The notes under the pieces are model-generated. The model saw only the letters and a list, made by a program, of their open reading frames with translations, did not search any database and was not told where the DNA came from. A stretch of DNA of 62,974 bases, filler included, from Octopus bimaculoides (taxonomy: Eukaryota): assembly GCF_001194135.2 (NCBI RefSeq). It is 10 parts of 10 records of this genome, joined end to end, with 100 filler letters (N's around TTAATTAATTAA, not from the genome) between each part and the next. Parts side by side here need not be neighbours in the genome. Positions count along the whole stretch, not along the records: positions 32,475 to 42,115 come from NC_068981.1; positions 42,216 to 45,847 come from NC_068984.1; positions 45,948 to 52,138 come from NC_069003.1; positions 52,239 to 54,100 come from NW_026359856.1; 6 more parts are not named here. One strand, written 5' to 3'. A program made the translations under genes and the position numbers. Positions 40,364-53,752 of this stretch are shown here, piece after piece. How positions within the stretch are numbered: the stretch's first letter is position 1; every line of letters begins with the position of its first letter.

Positions 40364-42056
40364 ATGTTGCTCTCTAATTTTGACACAAGGCTAGCAAATT
40401 TGAAGCTCCGGAGCAAGTCGATAACGTCAACTTCAGTACTTGACTGTTACTTTATTTTATCGACCCTGAAAGTATGAAAGGCAAAGTTGACCTCAGTATT
40501 TGAATTTAGAACATAAAGAGCCGGAAGAAATGCTTTAGGTACCATCGACTTTGTAGTAGCTAAGAAATGTTTCTGCTATCGAATTTGAAATTGGCACAAC
40601 TGATGTGATGTATAGTCGTTTCTGTAAAAATATTCACAAATTACCGATAAGGATAGATATAAGTACACTCAAAAAGATAGCAATACTAGAAATGCCCCTA
40701 AACGTTTACGCTGACGCGCTAACGATTCTGCCAGCTCGCTGCCTTTGTTTCAAACTTTGACAGAGGTCATTTTGACGGGAGGAGAAAGTCGATGACATCT
40801 ACCCAAGCACTTGACTAGAAGATTAGTTCATCGGCCCTAAAAGGATATAAGTCGCAATTGACTTCGACGTGATTTGTATTCAAAATTTGAAGACCCGGAA
40901 GAAATACTGATGAGCATTTTGTCCGATTCTCTTAACTCGTCACCTGCATAATGATAACCATGATGACGATGATGACGATGGTGAGTGGTTAAGTGGTTAA
41001 GTCAATTACGTCGAACCAGTGCTCAACTAATACTCATTTTATCGACCCTGAAAGGATGAGAGGCAAAGTCAACCTCGGCGGAGTTTGAACCTTGGACGTA
41101 AAGACGGACGAAATTAAATCTCTGTCGACTATTTTGTGGTGCATTATGATTTTTCACTGATTGCAAAACTGGTAAAAGGTGGGGTGTGAGCAAGAGAGGG
41201 AGAGAGGGAAGGCGAGAGAGCGTGTATGTTCTCACAGACACAAGATATAGAGAAAAACAATGAAGTAAAAAAAAAAGAAAGTCGGAAAACTATAAAAAGG
41301 AAAAGGGTGAATGAAAAGACAAATAAGTAAACGTTTTTTAAAAGTTATTGGGTGTGAGAAGGGTTGGTCGAGATAAAGATAATCTTAAGAAATGATATTG
41401 GTGTCAAATTTTCATTTTGTTTTTTCTCTATGGCTTTCTTTCTCCTCTAGAATAGAACAGTAAAAAAAAAAGAAAGAAAATGAAATTGAGAAAAAGGTAA
41501 AAGAAGAAAACGTAAAAATTGAGTTATTTTGGCATTGGGGAAAATCAAACAATTTAGCCTTTGTATTTTGATAGACTGACTGTCCCAGTTTCACACATCA
41601 TAACCTATATCCCATTAGTAAAAAACCTATATTACTATAGCAATGAACAACGAGAAGAAAACCACAATAATCGTTATTTGATTTCTGAGATACTTACAAG
41701 AATCTTCAAAGTTCAGGCGTTCTTTTCCCTCCACACCCTGTGACTTCTGTTCATTTTTTTTATACATATAAATATGTGTCAGCGCGCGCGATCGTGTGTG
41801 TATATTGTGTATGCACGCGTATGTATGTATGTATGTATGTATGTATGTATGTATGTATGTATTTATATATGTATAGATTTTGAGCTGATCAACTCAAAAG
41901 AAGGAAGGTATGTATTTGTCGAGAAAAGACATTTAAAACATCTTTGCTCTGCATGTGCGTGAGAGCATGTATGTGTACACATACATACATTCATACAAAG
42001 ATATATCAATATAACTATCCATCTGTTTGTATGTATGTACGTATGTCCACACGCAG

Positions 42057-42115
<59 letters not shown>

Positions 42116-43619
42116 NNNNNNNNNNNNNNNNNNNNNNNNNNNNNNNNNNNNNNNNNNNNTTAATTAATTAANNNNNNNNNNNNNNNNNNNNNNNNNNNNN
42201 NNNNNNNNNNNNNNNTATATATGCTCCAAAATGATGTTGCTGAAAAGGTAAGTAAATTCGTTAAGAATTGACGAGTGAGACGAAGCCTTTTGAAGTATTT
42301 CCTTCGCTTTTTCAGATTGGTGCCAGGAGGGCATCTTTTCGGTCTGAATTCTTGCAGCTGAGTGGGTATCACTCAATTCAGAGCTGAAAAACCCTCTGCT
42401 ATTCTAAGGAGTCTAGGCGGAAACTCTTGGTCTGACTCCGCTGTTCCTCTTAAAGTCGATGGAACCGCCATAACAGAGTTGGCGTAGGAGGTAGTGAATT
42501 AAAGCCACTGATATTCGCCATTGAACTTCTTGCCTTTCGCCATCATCGACCAATAAAAATAATTGTCTGTGGAGAAAATAAGTACCAATCGATAAACTCA
42601 ATAGTGATGATGAGCATGTATTTGACTGATCGGTTGACTGCGGTACTCCAGCATGGCAGCGGTCTAATTGTTAAAACATGCAGAGGAATAAAAGAGGCTA
42701 AAAGAATTCAAGAATATGTTGGGGAAAAAAATAAATCAAAACAACAAAAACGAAAAAAATAAAGAAAAGAAACGAACAAATAACGAAGCGGATGCCTGAG
42801 AACCATTAATACAGTTCTCAGAGGAGAGATATTATTCCAAAAATAATACCTAGAGTGACTACACAGGTAAATATTGTATTATATAGATCTAAAGGATACA
42901 AACATCCTGGAATATTATTCCCGGAATGCATACAAAAATACAAAGCAATTTAGAACTTATATCTGTGAAAGATCCAGTCACTGTCTCCGCTGCCGTCCAT
43001 TAATATTCCCCATATATGTGTAGTCACGCCGCCATGCATACTTGTACAATTGATCGGTTATAGTCCTCAACGAAGCTAAGCTGACTAGGGCGAATCAGCA
43101 ATGGTATATTTTGTGAGTCATCTATGTGACTAGAGTGATGAGTGTGTACTTTATTGTACGACTGTAGTTTAACATCAGTTGTCGACCGTTTCCTGTGCGT
43201 TGTTTGTTTAAGGACGAAGATTTCATTAGGTTTAGGATAGCTTCACTATTTATATCCTACGGTTTGTTGATGCCAGTTTATATCATGTTATACATGGAAT
43301 TATTGCTCGCTAGTGTTTTCCTAACGTATTAACTTTTATCTGTCTACACGAAGTTCGGAGATTAACAAGCGTCTAAATAAACCAATCTCCTCAATCGCTG
43401 ACTGTTATTAATAGCTTGATATAAAATATAGCAACGATGCTCATCATATGCAGTATTTTGCATCGATTTGCTAATAGTTTTTCAAATTAAATACGCAAAA
43501 ACACACACAACAGTCCATAGAAAGTAACAATAATAGAATGACGATATTAATGCTACCGATGATGATGATGATGATAACGATGATGATAATAATATCTTCT
43601 CACAGACACAAAGTGAACA

Positions 43620-44460
43620 TATGGCTTACATAAAGGCTGGTACTATTTTTTATCGACCCAGGAAGGATAAAAGGCAAAAGGTGACCTCGGGGGAATTTGA
43701 ACTCAGAACATTTAAGGGCCGGAACAAATATCGCAAATCATTTTGTTCGAAGCTTTGATGATTTGCAAATTCAGCGTTCTTTTGATAATGATTTTCAAAT
43801 TTTCATACGGGGTCGGCAATTTCAGAGGAGGCGTAAGTCGATTACATCGACCCCAGTGCGTAACTGGTACTTATTTTATCGACCCAGAGAGGATGAAAGG
43901 CGAGTGGACTTCGGCGGAATTTGAACTCAGAATGTAAAGACGGATGAAATGTCACGTTAAGCGTTTTATCCGGCGTCCTAACGATTCTATCAGCTAACCA
44001 CCCTCAGCGTCCTTTTAATAATAATAATGATGATAATAATAATATTAATAATAATACTTTCTACTATAGGCACAAGGTCTCAAATATGGGGGAGGGGCTA
44101 GTCGATTAGAACCACTCCACTGCATAAGTGGTACTTATTTTATCAGCCTCAAACAGATGAAAAGTAAAGTCGGCCTCGGCGGAATTTGAACTCAGAACGT
44201 AACGACAGACTATATACCGCTTAGCGTTTTGCTCGGCGTGCTAACGATTCTGCCAGCTCACCGCCTTAATAATTATAATAATCCTTTCTACTATAGGCGC
44301 AAGGCTCGAAATTTGTGAGGTGGGATTAAGTCGATTACACCGACCCCAATGCGTAACTGGTACTTATTTAATCGACCCCGAAAGGATGAAAAGCAAAGTC
44401 AACATCGGCGGAATTTGAACTCAGAACGTAAAGACGGACGAAATGCCGCTTAGAATTTTT
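43620..44460 (-). mobile_element. Cluster of four co-oriented family A SINEs separated by (AAT)n
   Basis: Repeated atcgacccc..aaggatgaaaggc..agtcgacctcggcggaatttgaactcagaac blocks at ~43650, 43880, 44140 and 44370. Confidence 0.85.
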
Positions 44461-44642
44461 CAACTTAGAGTTGAAAATGATGATCATAATGATGAAGATA
44501 ATGACGACGATGATGATGCTATTGACAATGACAGCCATGACAATGACAGCCATGACAATGAAAGACCAAAGTTGATCGTGATGAAATAAGAGATATTTTC
44601 GTTTGCACATCTATAAAAGACTGCTTTTCCAATAGAATACAA

Positions 44643-44675
<33 letters not shown>

Positions 44676-45160
44676 TGGGGGCTATCAAAATTTAAATTGT
44701 GAATTACGAGTATATGTAGGTGACTGCGTATATGTCTGTATTGGTAAGTCTTAGTAGTGATTCGTTTTAATTCTATCATGTACTATAGAAGAACATATAC
44801 CAGATACAAAAGTATATTCTCGTATAGACGCACACACACATATGCTAAGGGTCTGCTGAAGCTATAAGGTGTTGCACTCGAACTCAAACTGCACAGTTCC
44901 TCGCAGCCGAAACAGTTGTAAGCTAATGGATGTGATCACGCAACTCGTTTTCTTTTGTTAGTCATATATTAATAAACATTACTGTCTGTACTTATATTGT
45001 CTGGTTTATATAAGAGTCCAGATCGGATGATGTCAGTAAATTGATACCATCTCGCTTAGTAATGCTGTGCCTTAGATATACTTTGAGTTGTAGCAACTTG
45101 TTATTGATCCTGCTGTGGCAATGCGGAATTACACTGTATATTCCATGATATGTATATGTA

Positions 45161-45200
<40 letters not shown>

Positions 45201-45429
45201 AGCCGACTTCAAGGTGGAATTGCACTTACTGAGAATGTCCATGGTGGACAGCGGTTTTTTCGCAAAACTGAGAGTCTTAATAAGGTTATTAGTGATCAGG
45301 AAACAAGCAATTCTCTACAAGGATGAAAATAAGAAAATATGGCAAGATGGTTTTCCAGTCTCACTCAGAAATGGTGCGAAAAATACCTGGAATTTAAAGT
45401 AGTCAACGCCTACATCACTACATGACTGT

Positions 45430-45847
45430 ACAACATTTATTTCATTATTGCCCACAGGGGGCTAAACGCAGAGTGGACAAACAAGGATAGTCAAAGGGAT
45501 TAAGTCGATTACATCGACCCCAGTGCGTAACTGGTACTTATACAATCGACTCCGGAAGGATGAAAGGCGAAGTCGACCTCGCCAGAATTTGAACTCAGAA
45601 CGTAACGGCAGAAGAAATATCGCTAAGCATTTCGCCCGGCGTGCTAACGTTTCTTATTTCTTTATTGCCCACAAGGGGCCACACACAGAGGGGACAAACA
45701 AGAACAGACAAAGGGATTAAGTCGATTACATCGACCACAGTGCGTAACTAGTACTTATTTAATCGACCCCGAAAGGATGAAAGGTAAAGTCGACCTCGGC
45801 GGTATTTGAAATCAGGACGTAGTGGCAGACGAAATACCGCTAAGCAT
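45430..45847 (-). mobile_element. Head-to-tail family A SINE multimer with alternative tail
   Basis: Two units, each with the gcccac..ggggc...caaagggattaagtc tail; truncated by a gap. Confidence 0.85.
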
Positions 45848-46007
45848 NNNNNNNNNNNNNNNNNNNNNNNNNNNNNNNNNNNNNNNNNNNNTTAATTAAT
45901 TAANNNNNNNNNNNNNNNNNNNNNNNNNNNNNNNNNNNNNNNNNNNNACAGAATAAGATAAAAAATCCAAGGCTGTGAATAGTTTTCAGAATATTTATAA
46001 AGAGAAG

Positions 46008-46055
46008 ATCTTACAGCTGTTTCCAAGATATTTTATATATCTCTTCATCAGAGAC
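46008..46055 (-). ncRNA. Minimal type I hammerhead ribozyme-like motif (mirror copy)
   Basis: Exact reverse complement of 46369-46416; predicted cleavage after the A at 46012. Confidence 0.55.
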
Positions 46056-46368
46056 GGTGCGAGAAAATGTTTAAGCAATAATCATTGTAGAGAAGATATG
46101 AAATACAGAGTGAAGTGAAGGAATGAAAATAGAATTGAGATGCATAAGGATATTGTATTTGCAGTTCCATTATTTGAGCAGAGTGATGTATATATAAGCT
46201 TCATGTACCTCACACACAAGATACATGAAACTTATATATACACCATTCTGCTTAAATAATGGAACTGCAAATACAATATCTTTACGTATCTCAATTTTCA
46301 TTCCTTCACTTCCCTCTGTGTTTCATATCTTCTCTACGATGATTATTACTTAAACATTTTCTCGCACC

Positions 46369-46416
46369 GTCTCTGATGAAGAGATATATAAAATATCTTG
46401 GAAACAGCTGTAAGAT
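46369..46416 (+). ncRNA. Minimal type I hammerhead ribozyme-like motif
   Basis: GUCU-CUGAUGA-A-GAGAUAU(AUAAA)AUAUCUU-G-GAAAC-AGCU-GUA-AGAU: stem I GUCU/AGAU, 7-bp stem II, palindromic stem III ACAGCUGU, GUA triplet; the 10.1/11.1 position is a non-canonical A.G. Confidence 0.55.
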
Positions 46417-46672
46417 CTTCTCTTTATAAATGTTCTGAAAACTATTTACAGCCTTGGATTTTTTATCTCATTCTGTTAATAATTATATATATGCATGTAA
46501 ATACACAACCCACGTTGTTCTCCTCATTCGTATCATTATCGAACCTGGAGCTTAACTATGGTCTGTCCATAGTACTTAGCATTACCTGACACATTTGGGT
46601 CTTCTTGACACTAATACTTCTCATACCCTGTGTGTGTGTGTGTGTGTGTGTGTGNNNNNNNNNNTCTCATAC

Positions 46673-46729
<57 letters not shown>

Positions 46730-49700
46730 GTGTGTGTAGGTGTGTGCAGGTGTGTGCATGCGTGCGTGTGTATGTGTGAGCTTGTGTGTGAGAGAGAGAG
46801 AGATAAAAAGAGACAACGTCTTGTAGACACAAGATAGACGTAACGTACGGAACCGTATAATATTAGATTTTTGCTGTGTGCGGTTGTGTAATGGGGAAAG
46901 GGTTTGACTGTTAATTTTAGCAGATGGAGCAACCGCAAAGAAGCTCCAACATCTTCTGAGTTAGAGCTGACTTGAGCTTTGCTACAACAATTCAGAAATA
47001 TAGAACTTGGAACTGGAAGGCAAAGAAAATTTATTCTTACAGTACATTTATTTATTTATTTTGCGTTGGTAATTGTGATAAATTTTTCTACAAGCTACAG
47101 TAACGTGGTGAGGCTGCAAAATTAGTGACCACTGAACCGAAATATATAGGTTTTATGTATCAGCTGAAGTATGTCATAAGAATTGTTGTGGTGATTAGGA
47201 TATTTTGTTAGCAAGTATGTGATTCTGGATTCGATCTTCTGCGGATGATTTTAATTTTCATTTTTACCTTCGTCACAAACAATTGTCAGACCTGACACAC
47301 ATTTCGATGGGAATGTTCCACTATTTTTAAAATGTACTTAACGTCTGATATATTTCTATATGCACATATGTATGCACATGTGTATGTATGTATGTATGTA
47401 TGTATGTATGTATGTATGTATGTTCGTACGTACGGACGGACGTATGTATGTAAGTATGTTATGGATGGATGGATGGATGGATAGATGGATGGATGGATGG
47501 ATAGATGGATGGATGGATGGATGAGAGACTCGTAATCATTATTCAGACATCTCTCTCAGAGAAAGAAATTCTGAAATAACACACTCCTCCTTATGAAGCC
47601 GATTTTACTTGGCTTTGTAGGTAAGAGTCTTAGCAGTGTTGTGCAATCTGTTATCGGCTTTAAATTTCAGTCATTATCATTAACATAAAATAATTAGGAT
47701 AATATAATTTTCTGTGATCATACTCGTCTACGGATTGACAACTATCGTATATGTATGTGTGCTCTCTCTTCCTCGGTGAGTATTTTCTGGTTATTTTCAC
47801 CTGCGCCCTGTACGGTGAAGAGGTTGTTTATTTTAAGAAAAGGTGATCTTGTTCTCTTCGTTAGCCTTCGTGCTAGAATTCACCCTTTACATTTTAAGGA
47901 AAGTTACTTTTTGCACATAATGGTATTTCCATATAGATTTTCAATACCATTTTTCTTCTATTATAATTTCATTGAGATTTAGAAAGTATTCTAGAAATAT
48001 CAAATCGATCAAATCGATCTCAGTATTTGACTGGTACCATTTTCCATCGACCCACGAAGAATGAAAGGTAAAAATAGCTTCATATGGGATTGAAATCAAA
48101 ATGTAAAAGACCATTTCGTAGACATGTTGATGCTCTCACAATTGTTCCAGTGGAATCATAAAAACGGTGTTTGGATGTTGTGGCTTTTAATGCAAATGAA
48201 ATGGAACGGATTTATACGCGCGTAAATCTATAATATGTCGATATGTATANNNNNNNNNNTATATATATGCTTTCTGTATATATATATGTGTGCGTCTGTA
48301 AGGTTGTATGTATGTATGATTTTTCTTCGAGTTTAATTTAAGTTCCTAAGTAACTTCAAGCCGATCGTTAACAAAGCAACAAGACTTTTTGAGCTAAGAG
48401 AGTTCCCGGTTTTTGTAAATATGTAGTTGAGTTGGTTGAACTGTCGATGCATACATCTATGTGTGTGCATTTATTAACATAAGTATCTCACATGGAGATG
48501 TATGTATGTATGTATGTATGTATGTATGTATGTATGTATGGTCGGGCATTTCTTTCCGGTACAGGATCATTATAAAACCTTCAAGCCATGTATAAATGAT
48601 ACGAATACAAAATTTAAATAGCATAAAGACTATAATCAGAGAATTCAGAGGAAAATGTAGTTACCGTCAGACCATTGCAGTGTGCTATAGCAATATAGTG
48701 GAATGTCTGGTGGCAGCTACACATTTCTACAAAATCTAAAATTGCCTTATAAATTCATAGCGATAATGACCCTGTATTCAACTTTATCAATATTTACATT
48801 TCATTAAAATAAACCGGGGAAATATTTAAATATTTTTGTGGCCAAGTTTTCGCCGTCTTCACCAACCAGGTGTTCTATCAATCATAAGACAAGTCATATA
48901 TATACTTATGACAAGTCTACATTCACTACGAAGATTATCAAGTAACAAACAAACCCTCTCTAAATATCTTATCGTATTTTTCGGCGTACAAGTCGAATGT
49001 TTCAGACCAAAATTCACATCCCCTTTGGGATACACAAAGGCAATTTGGGAGAATCAAAAATTCCATGTGAAATGCAGCAAGATTTTGGAAAGATCGTGAC
49101 GATGTTTGAATGTTTACATCAGATGCTTACACTATATATTACGTCGACGTGTAGGCCAGAAAATATGCTATACTAACATTTTTTCTTATTTTCCTTTTTT
49201 AATTTAGCCTTTCTTCTACCATTTTTTTCTTTTAGAAAAATTAAACTGTTTTTTTTTTTCTAAATTTATTAATTTATTTTAATCAATTTTGTTTTCCAAT
49301 TTCTTTCATCTCACTCTCGTCCTTCTANNNNNNNNNNNNNNNNNNNNNNNNNNNNNNNNNNNNNNNNNNNNNNNNNNNNNNNNNNNNNNNNNNNNNNNNN
49401 NNNNNNNNNNNNNNNNNNNNNNNNNNNNNNNNNNNNNNNNNNNNNNNNNNNNNNNNNNNNNNNNNNNNNNNNNNNNNNNNNNNNNNNNNNNNNNNNNNNN
49501 NNNNNNNNNNNNNNNNNNNNNNNNNNNNNNNNNNNNNNNNNNNNNNNNNNNNNNNNNNNNNNNNNNNNNNNNNNNNNNNNNNNNNNNNNNNNNNNNNNNN
49601 NNNNNNNNNNNNNNNNNNNNNNNNNNNNNNNNNNNNNNNNNNNNNNNNNNNNNNNNNNNNNNNNNNNNNNNNNNNNNNNNNNNNNNNNNNNNNNNNNNNN

Positions 49701-50212
49701 NNNNNNNNNNNNNNNNNNNNNNNNNNNNNNNNNNNNNNNNNNNNNNNNNNNNNNNNNNNNNNNNNNNNNNNNNNNNNNNNNNNNNNNNNNNNNNNNNNNN
49801 NNNNNNNNNNNNNNNNNNNNNNNNNNNNNNNNNNNNNNNNNNNNNNNNNNNNNNNNNNNNNNNNNNNNNNNNNNNNNNNNNNNNNNNNNNNNNNNNNNNN
49901 NNNNNNNNNNNNNNNNNNNNNNNNNNNNNNNNNNNNNNNNNNNNNNNNNNNNNNNNNNNNNNNNNNNNNNNNNNNNNNNNNNNNNNNNNNNNNNNNNNNN
50001 NNNNNNNNNNNNNNNNNNNNNNNNNNNNNNNNNNNNNNNNNNNNNNNNNNNNNNNNNNNNNNNNNNNNNNNNNNNNNNNNNNNNNNNNNNNNNNNNNNNN
50101 NNNNNNNNNNNNNNNNNNNNNNNNNNNNNNNNNNNNNNNNNNNNNNNNNNNNNNNNNNNNNNNNNNNNNNNNNNNNNNNNNNNNNNNNNNNNNNNNNNNN
50201 NNNNNNNNNNNN

Positions 50213-50260
<48 letters not shown>

Positions 50261-50496
50261 CGTATATATATACATATATATATATCATATAAATATATGT
50301 ATACTTATATAATATATACATATATGTAATATATATATATGTAAATATATTGTACTTAATATAGCATTATATTTCAGACCAAAATTGAAATTCCGCTACA
50401 ATCTTGAAGAAAATCTAACAAATTATATTGCTTCAAAAATAAACTAGGAATAAGCTAAATAAATAAATAAATAAAAATGAACGACTGGATGATATC

Positions 50497-50557
<61 letters not shown>

Positions 50558-50801
50558 TGATAAATGGATAAAACTTAAGGTTTATTTTTAAAATCTGCTT
50601 GATGTAGGAAATCACTGGTATTTATGTGCGTGGTTGCGCGTGCGTATGTGTGTCTATATATGGCGTGTGTCAGCGTTGTGTCTGAATGCCTGTATTATGC
50701 GTGTGCTTGTATCTTGTAGTTGTGTGTTGCATGTGTGTGTGTTTGTGTGTGTTTGTGTGAGTGTGAGTGTCTGTGTGTGTGTGTGTGTGTGTTTGTGTGT
50801 G

Positions 50802-50856
<55 letters not shown>

Positions 50857-51039
50857 GTGTGTGTGTGTGTGTGTATGGTTCGTAATTATAAGCATCACAT
50901 TTAAAAAATCACGTGATGCTATAATCACTGGCATGAGATAATTAGATTCAAAAGCCAATTCTGTCTACGTTCATTTGCTCTACTGGAAAGAAATAGTAGC
51001 CAAGTCTCCTTTCTGAAATCGAACCCTTTTCTCTTTAAA

Positions 51040-51276
51040 ATATAGAAGATTGCAGGGTAGAAAAGGCCCGTGTCAGGCCCCGCACCAGATAGCTGGACGT
51101 GATTAAGGAAGATCTCAAGAGGCTCGGCGTCATCTTAGAAAATGCAGAGGGGCTGACACGAGACCGCCAACGATAGGGAGCACTGCTGGACCTGGTCGGC
51201 TCTAGATATGATGACACCTCTGGGACCACTAATCTGGGATGGCCCCAACCTCATCAAGTAAGCAAACAAGCAAGCA
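51040..51276 (+). mobile_element. RTE-clade LINE extreme 3' end (second family) with (CAAG)n-like tail
   Basis: KRP-/-GRPRTR*LDVIKEDLKRLGVILENAEGLTRDRQR*, then tcaagtaagcaaacaagcaagc. Confidence 0.65.
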
Positions 51277-51439
51277 GCATAGAATAATATTATCCAAGAT
51301 ACACTATGTCTGAAAATAAACAGACAGTAATGATCACAGCTGAAACGCCTTCAATTGTCACTTCTAAATATTTCAGTTAAAAAATCCTTCATATAAATTG
51401 TAGTGTGCCGCGAGGCGGAATGATTTCCCATGAAATGAG

Positions 51440-51740
51440 AAGAGTTATAAAACCGCTTGTGTAGGTGAGAATATCAGAAAATGTAAATCGCTTCAATATG
51501 ACCTCAATGTTAAGGAGTATAAGCTTTGTAGATAAGAATATAAGAAAATGCAGAGGACCTCAATATTCTTTCAATGTTAAAGAGTAGAAGCAATGCAGAT
51601 GAGAATACAGGAAAATGTAGAGAGGTTAATACATTCCATAAGTGAAAAGGCTATGCAGATGAGAATACAAGAAAATATAGAGGACTTCTATACTAAGGTG
51701 TGGTAGGTATGTAGATGAGAATGTAATAAAATATAGTTAG
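51440..51740. repeat. Degenerate minisatellite, about 5 units of ~57-67 bp
   Basis: Recurring tg[c/t]agatgagaata..gaaaat[g/a][c/t]agag core. Confidence 0.6.
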
Positions 51741-52259
51741 GCACCCGGAAAATCAAGCATTATTATAAACGGGAAAGGGATTAGGGAAATAACTTAGATA
51801 TGCCAGTGGCATATCTGAGTAATCTCACATGATGACACCTCGGGGACCAGCATATAGTTTTCTTTACATTCATACAGAGCTGTACATAAACAAAAACGTC
51901 ACGTTATTTTCGTATTACAATGGTTCACACTTCTTTCTTTCTTCTCTTGTCTTAATTATTTCATTCGTGTTTATTTTTTCCTTTGTAACAACGAACGAAG
52001 GTATAATTAAGAGCTTCATGAATAACTTATGTACGACCATTTATTGCCTTCTAAATGTATATATACATGCATATATATATATACATACATGCATGTATAT
52101 AAATATATACATGCATGTATATATATATATATATATATNNNNNNNNNNNNNNNNNNNNNNNNNNNNNNNNNNNNNNNNNNNNTTAATTAATTAANNNNNN
52201 NNNNNNNNNNNNNNNNNNNNNNNNNNNNNNNNNNNNNNATATTATAATGATAATACTAC

Positions 52260-52427
52260 CTTTTCCTGTGTTTCCCCATCCAGAAATATGACATCTTTCA
52301 CCTTCAAAATATGTTGCATTCTTGTCTGGCAAACAGGCTGGTTGTACATAATCATTGAAAACAATTCCATTTCCCCTATTATTTGGCTCTATTTTAATTA
52401 GAGCGATATCATAATCATATGAGTTAT
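52260..52427 (-). CDS. Trypsin-family (S1A) serine protease exon carrying catalytic Asp102 and the GWG motif
   Basis: Acceptor ctactatttcag|AT, donor AAAG|gtagta; phase 1-1, 168 nt; NSYDYDIALIKIEPNNRGNGIVFNDYVQPACLPDKNATYFEGERCHISGWGNTGK. Confidence 0.9.
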
Positions 52428-53636
52428 CTGAAATAGTAGGATGTGGTTTTATATTAATATGGATATCTGCTATTTCAAACAAATAATTTTACAATTTTAC
52501 ATTGACAAAAATCTTACAAAATTTTCACATAATAGAATTGTACTTGTCTAGCAAGTGACTTGGTTTGAAACTGCATTGAAACTGAAGCAATTACACTGGG
52601 GGAGAGCAATTCTAGGCATCTAATAACACAAATCTTTACAAATAATCTATTTCAAAATATTTGTTATGTAACTACAGCACCATTTATTGCACAGTTGAAA
52701 AGCAATTTTACAATATAATGTAAAGACTAAGATAATTACAAATGGTAAAGATGCTGTAGATTATAGCAGGATATTTTATTCTTCATTTCTTCAAAGCCAA
52801 AAGGAAAAGGAAAAAAAAATCTTAAAGATTGTTTCATTGTTAAGAATTAAATGCATTAGACCATAGGATGAAGAAATAGGTACAAAAGAGTGTGATTCAA
52901 TGACCAAGTTGTGTAACCCACAGGTTTGGTCAGTGAGCCAGCAAAGGATTAAAAGTTTGCAATTGTTTTTCCTTTATCAGTTAGAAATAGCAGTAAAGTC
53001 TCTATTAAATGACACCATTTTGTCTTTCAAATAAATAAATAAATAGATAAAAACAAAAAACAAAAAAACAAAAACAAAAACACACACACACAGATGACAG
53101 TGTAGTCCTAGATGAATAGAATGATGTTATTGCTGGAATGTCCTTTGATCACAGATCTTTTCAAGCAAGGCTGAATGAAGACTAAACATCAACAACGGTC
53201 AGCTGAAAGTTCAGCTCATTAGTAGAAGTCTGTGAGGCAATTATTGATTATACNNNNNNNNNNNNNNNNTAAATGAACATAGCACAGAAACATATGAGAG
53301 AATACAAACTGCTGAGCCTTCATACAGAAGTACTTTTAGCATTATTTATGATTATGATTTATATCAGTCACGAGCAACCTGCAGCTCATGGGACTTTCTG
53401 AATGGCATGTCTAAAGAAAAATTACTTTGAATTTTCTAGGAGTGAGGCCTGCCTTGTTTCTTGAGGCCCACTTCTCAAAAATGGTTGCCTATTCCTGATT
53501 TTTATAATCATTTCTGTGTAATTAACAATAGTTAATTAAATATTTGACAGCCAAAACAAGTCAAATTATTTTGAATCTAGTTGAGTGTTATTAATCAACA
53601 AGTGAATGAACATGCAAACTATAGAAAACTACTTAC

Positions 53637-53752
53637 CATCATATCTAGGATGAGTTACAAGTTCAGCAACTTTGAAAGTTTGTTCATATGTATCCCATAC
53701 CTTATTGCTATGATCTCCTACTTTGACGATTAAGCTTTCCTTCTTTTTGCCC
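53637..53752 (-). CDS. Upstream exon of the same serine protease
   Basis: Acceptor ttgtttaacag|G, donor GATG|gtaagt; 116 nt; GKKKESLIVKVGDHSNKVWDTYEQTFKVAELVTHPRYD; splices in frame (G+AT = Asp) to give HPRYDDNSYDYDIAL. Confidence 0.9.

Larger units (their letters stand above)
45949..46475. repeat. Long near-perfect palindrome (arms about 255 bp, 14-nt loop at 46208-46221), probably inverted PLE-type terminal repeats
   Basis: The left arm is the reverse complement of the right arm with a few, mostly transition, mismatches and one ~5-nt indel; the left end abuts a gap. Confidence 0.95.

Noticed and set aside
46619-46726. Direct repeat tctcataccc(tg)n on both sides of a 10-N gap
   Set aside because: Overlapping contig ends at a microsatellite; assembly artefact.
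52428-52482. N-terminal part (MFEIADIHINIKPHPTIS) of the ORF 52183-52482
   Set aside because: Intronic read-through; the real HP.Y segment is supplied by exon 53637-53752.
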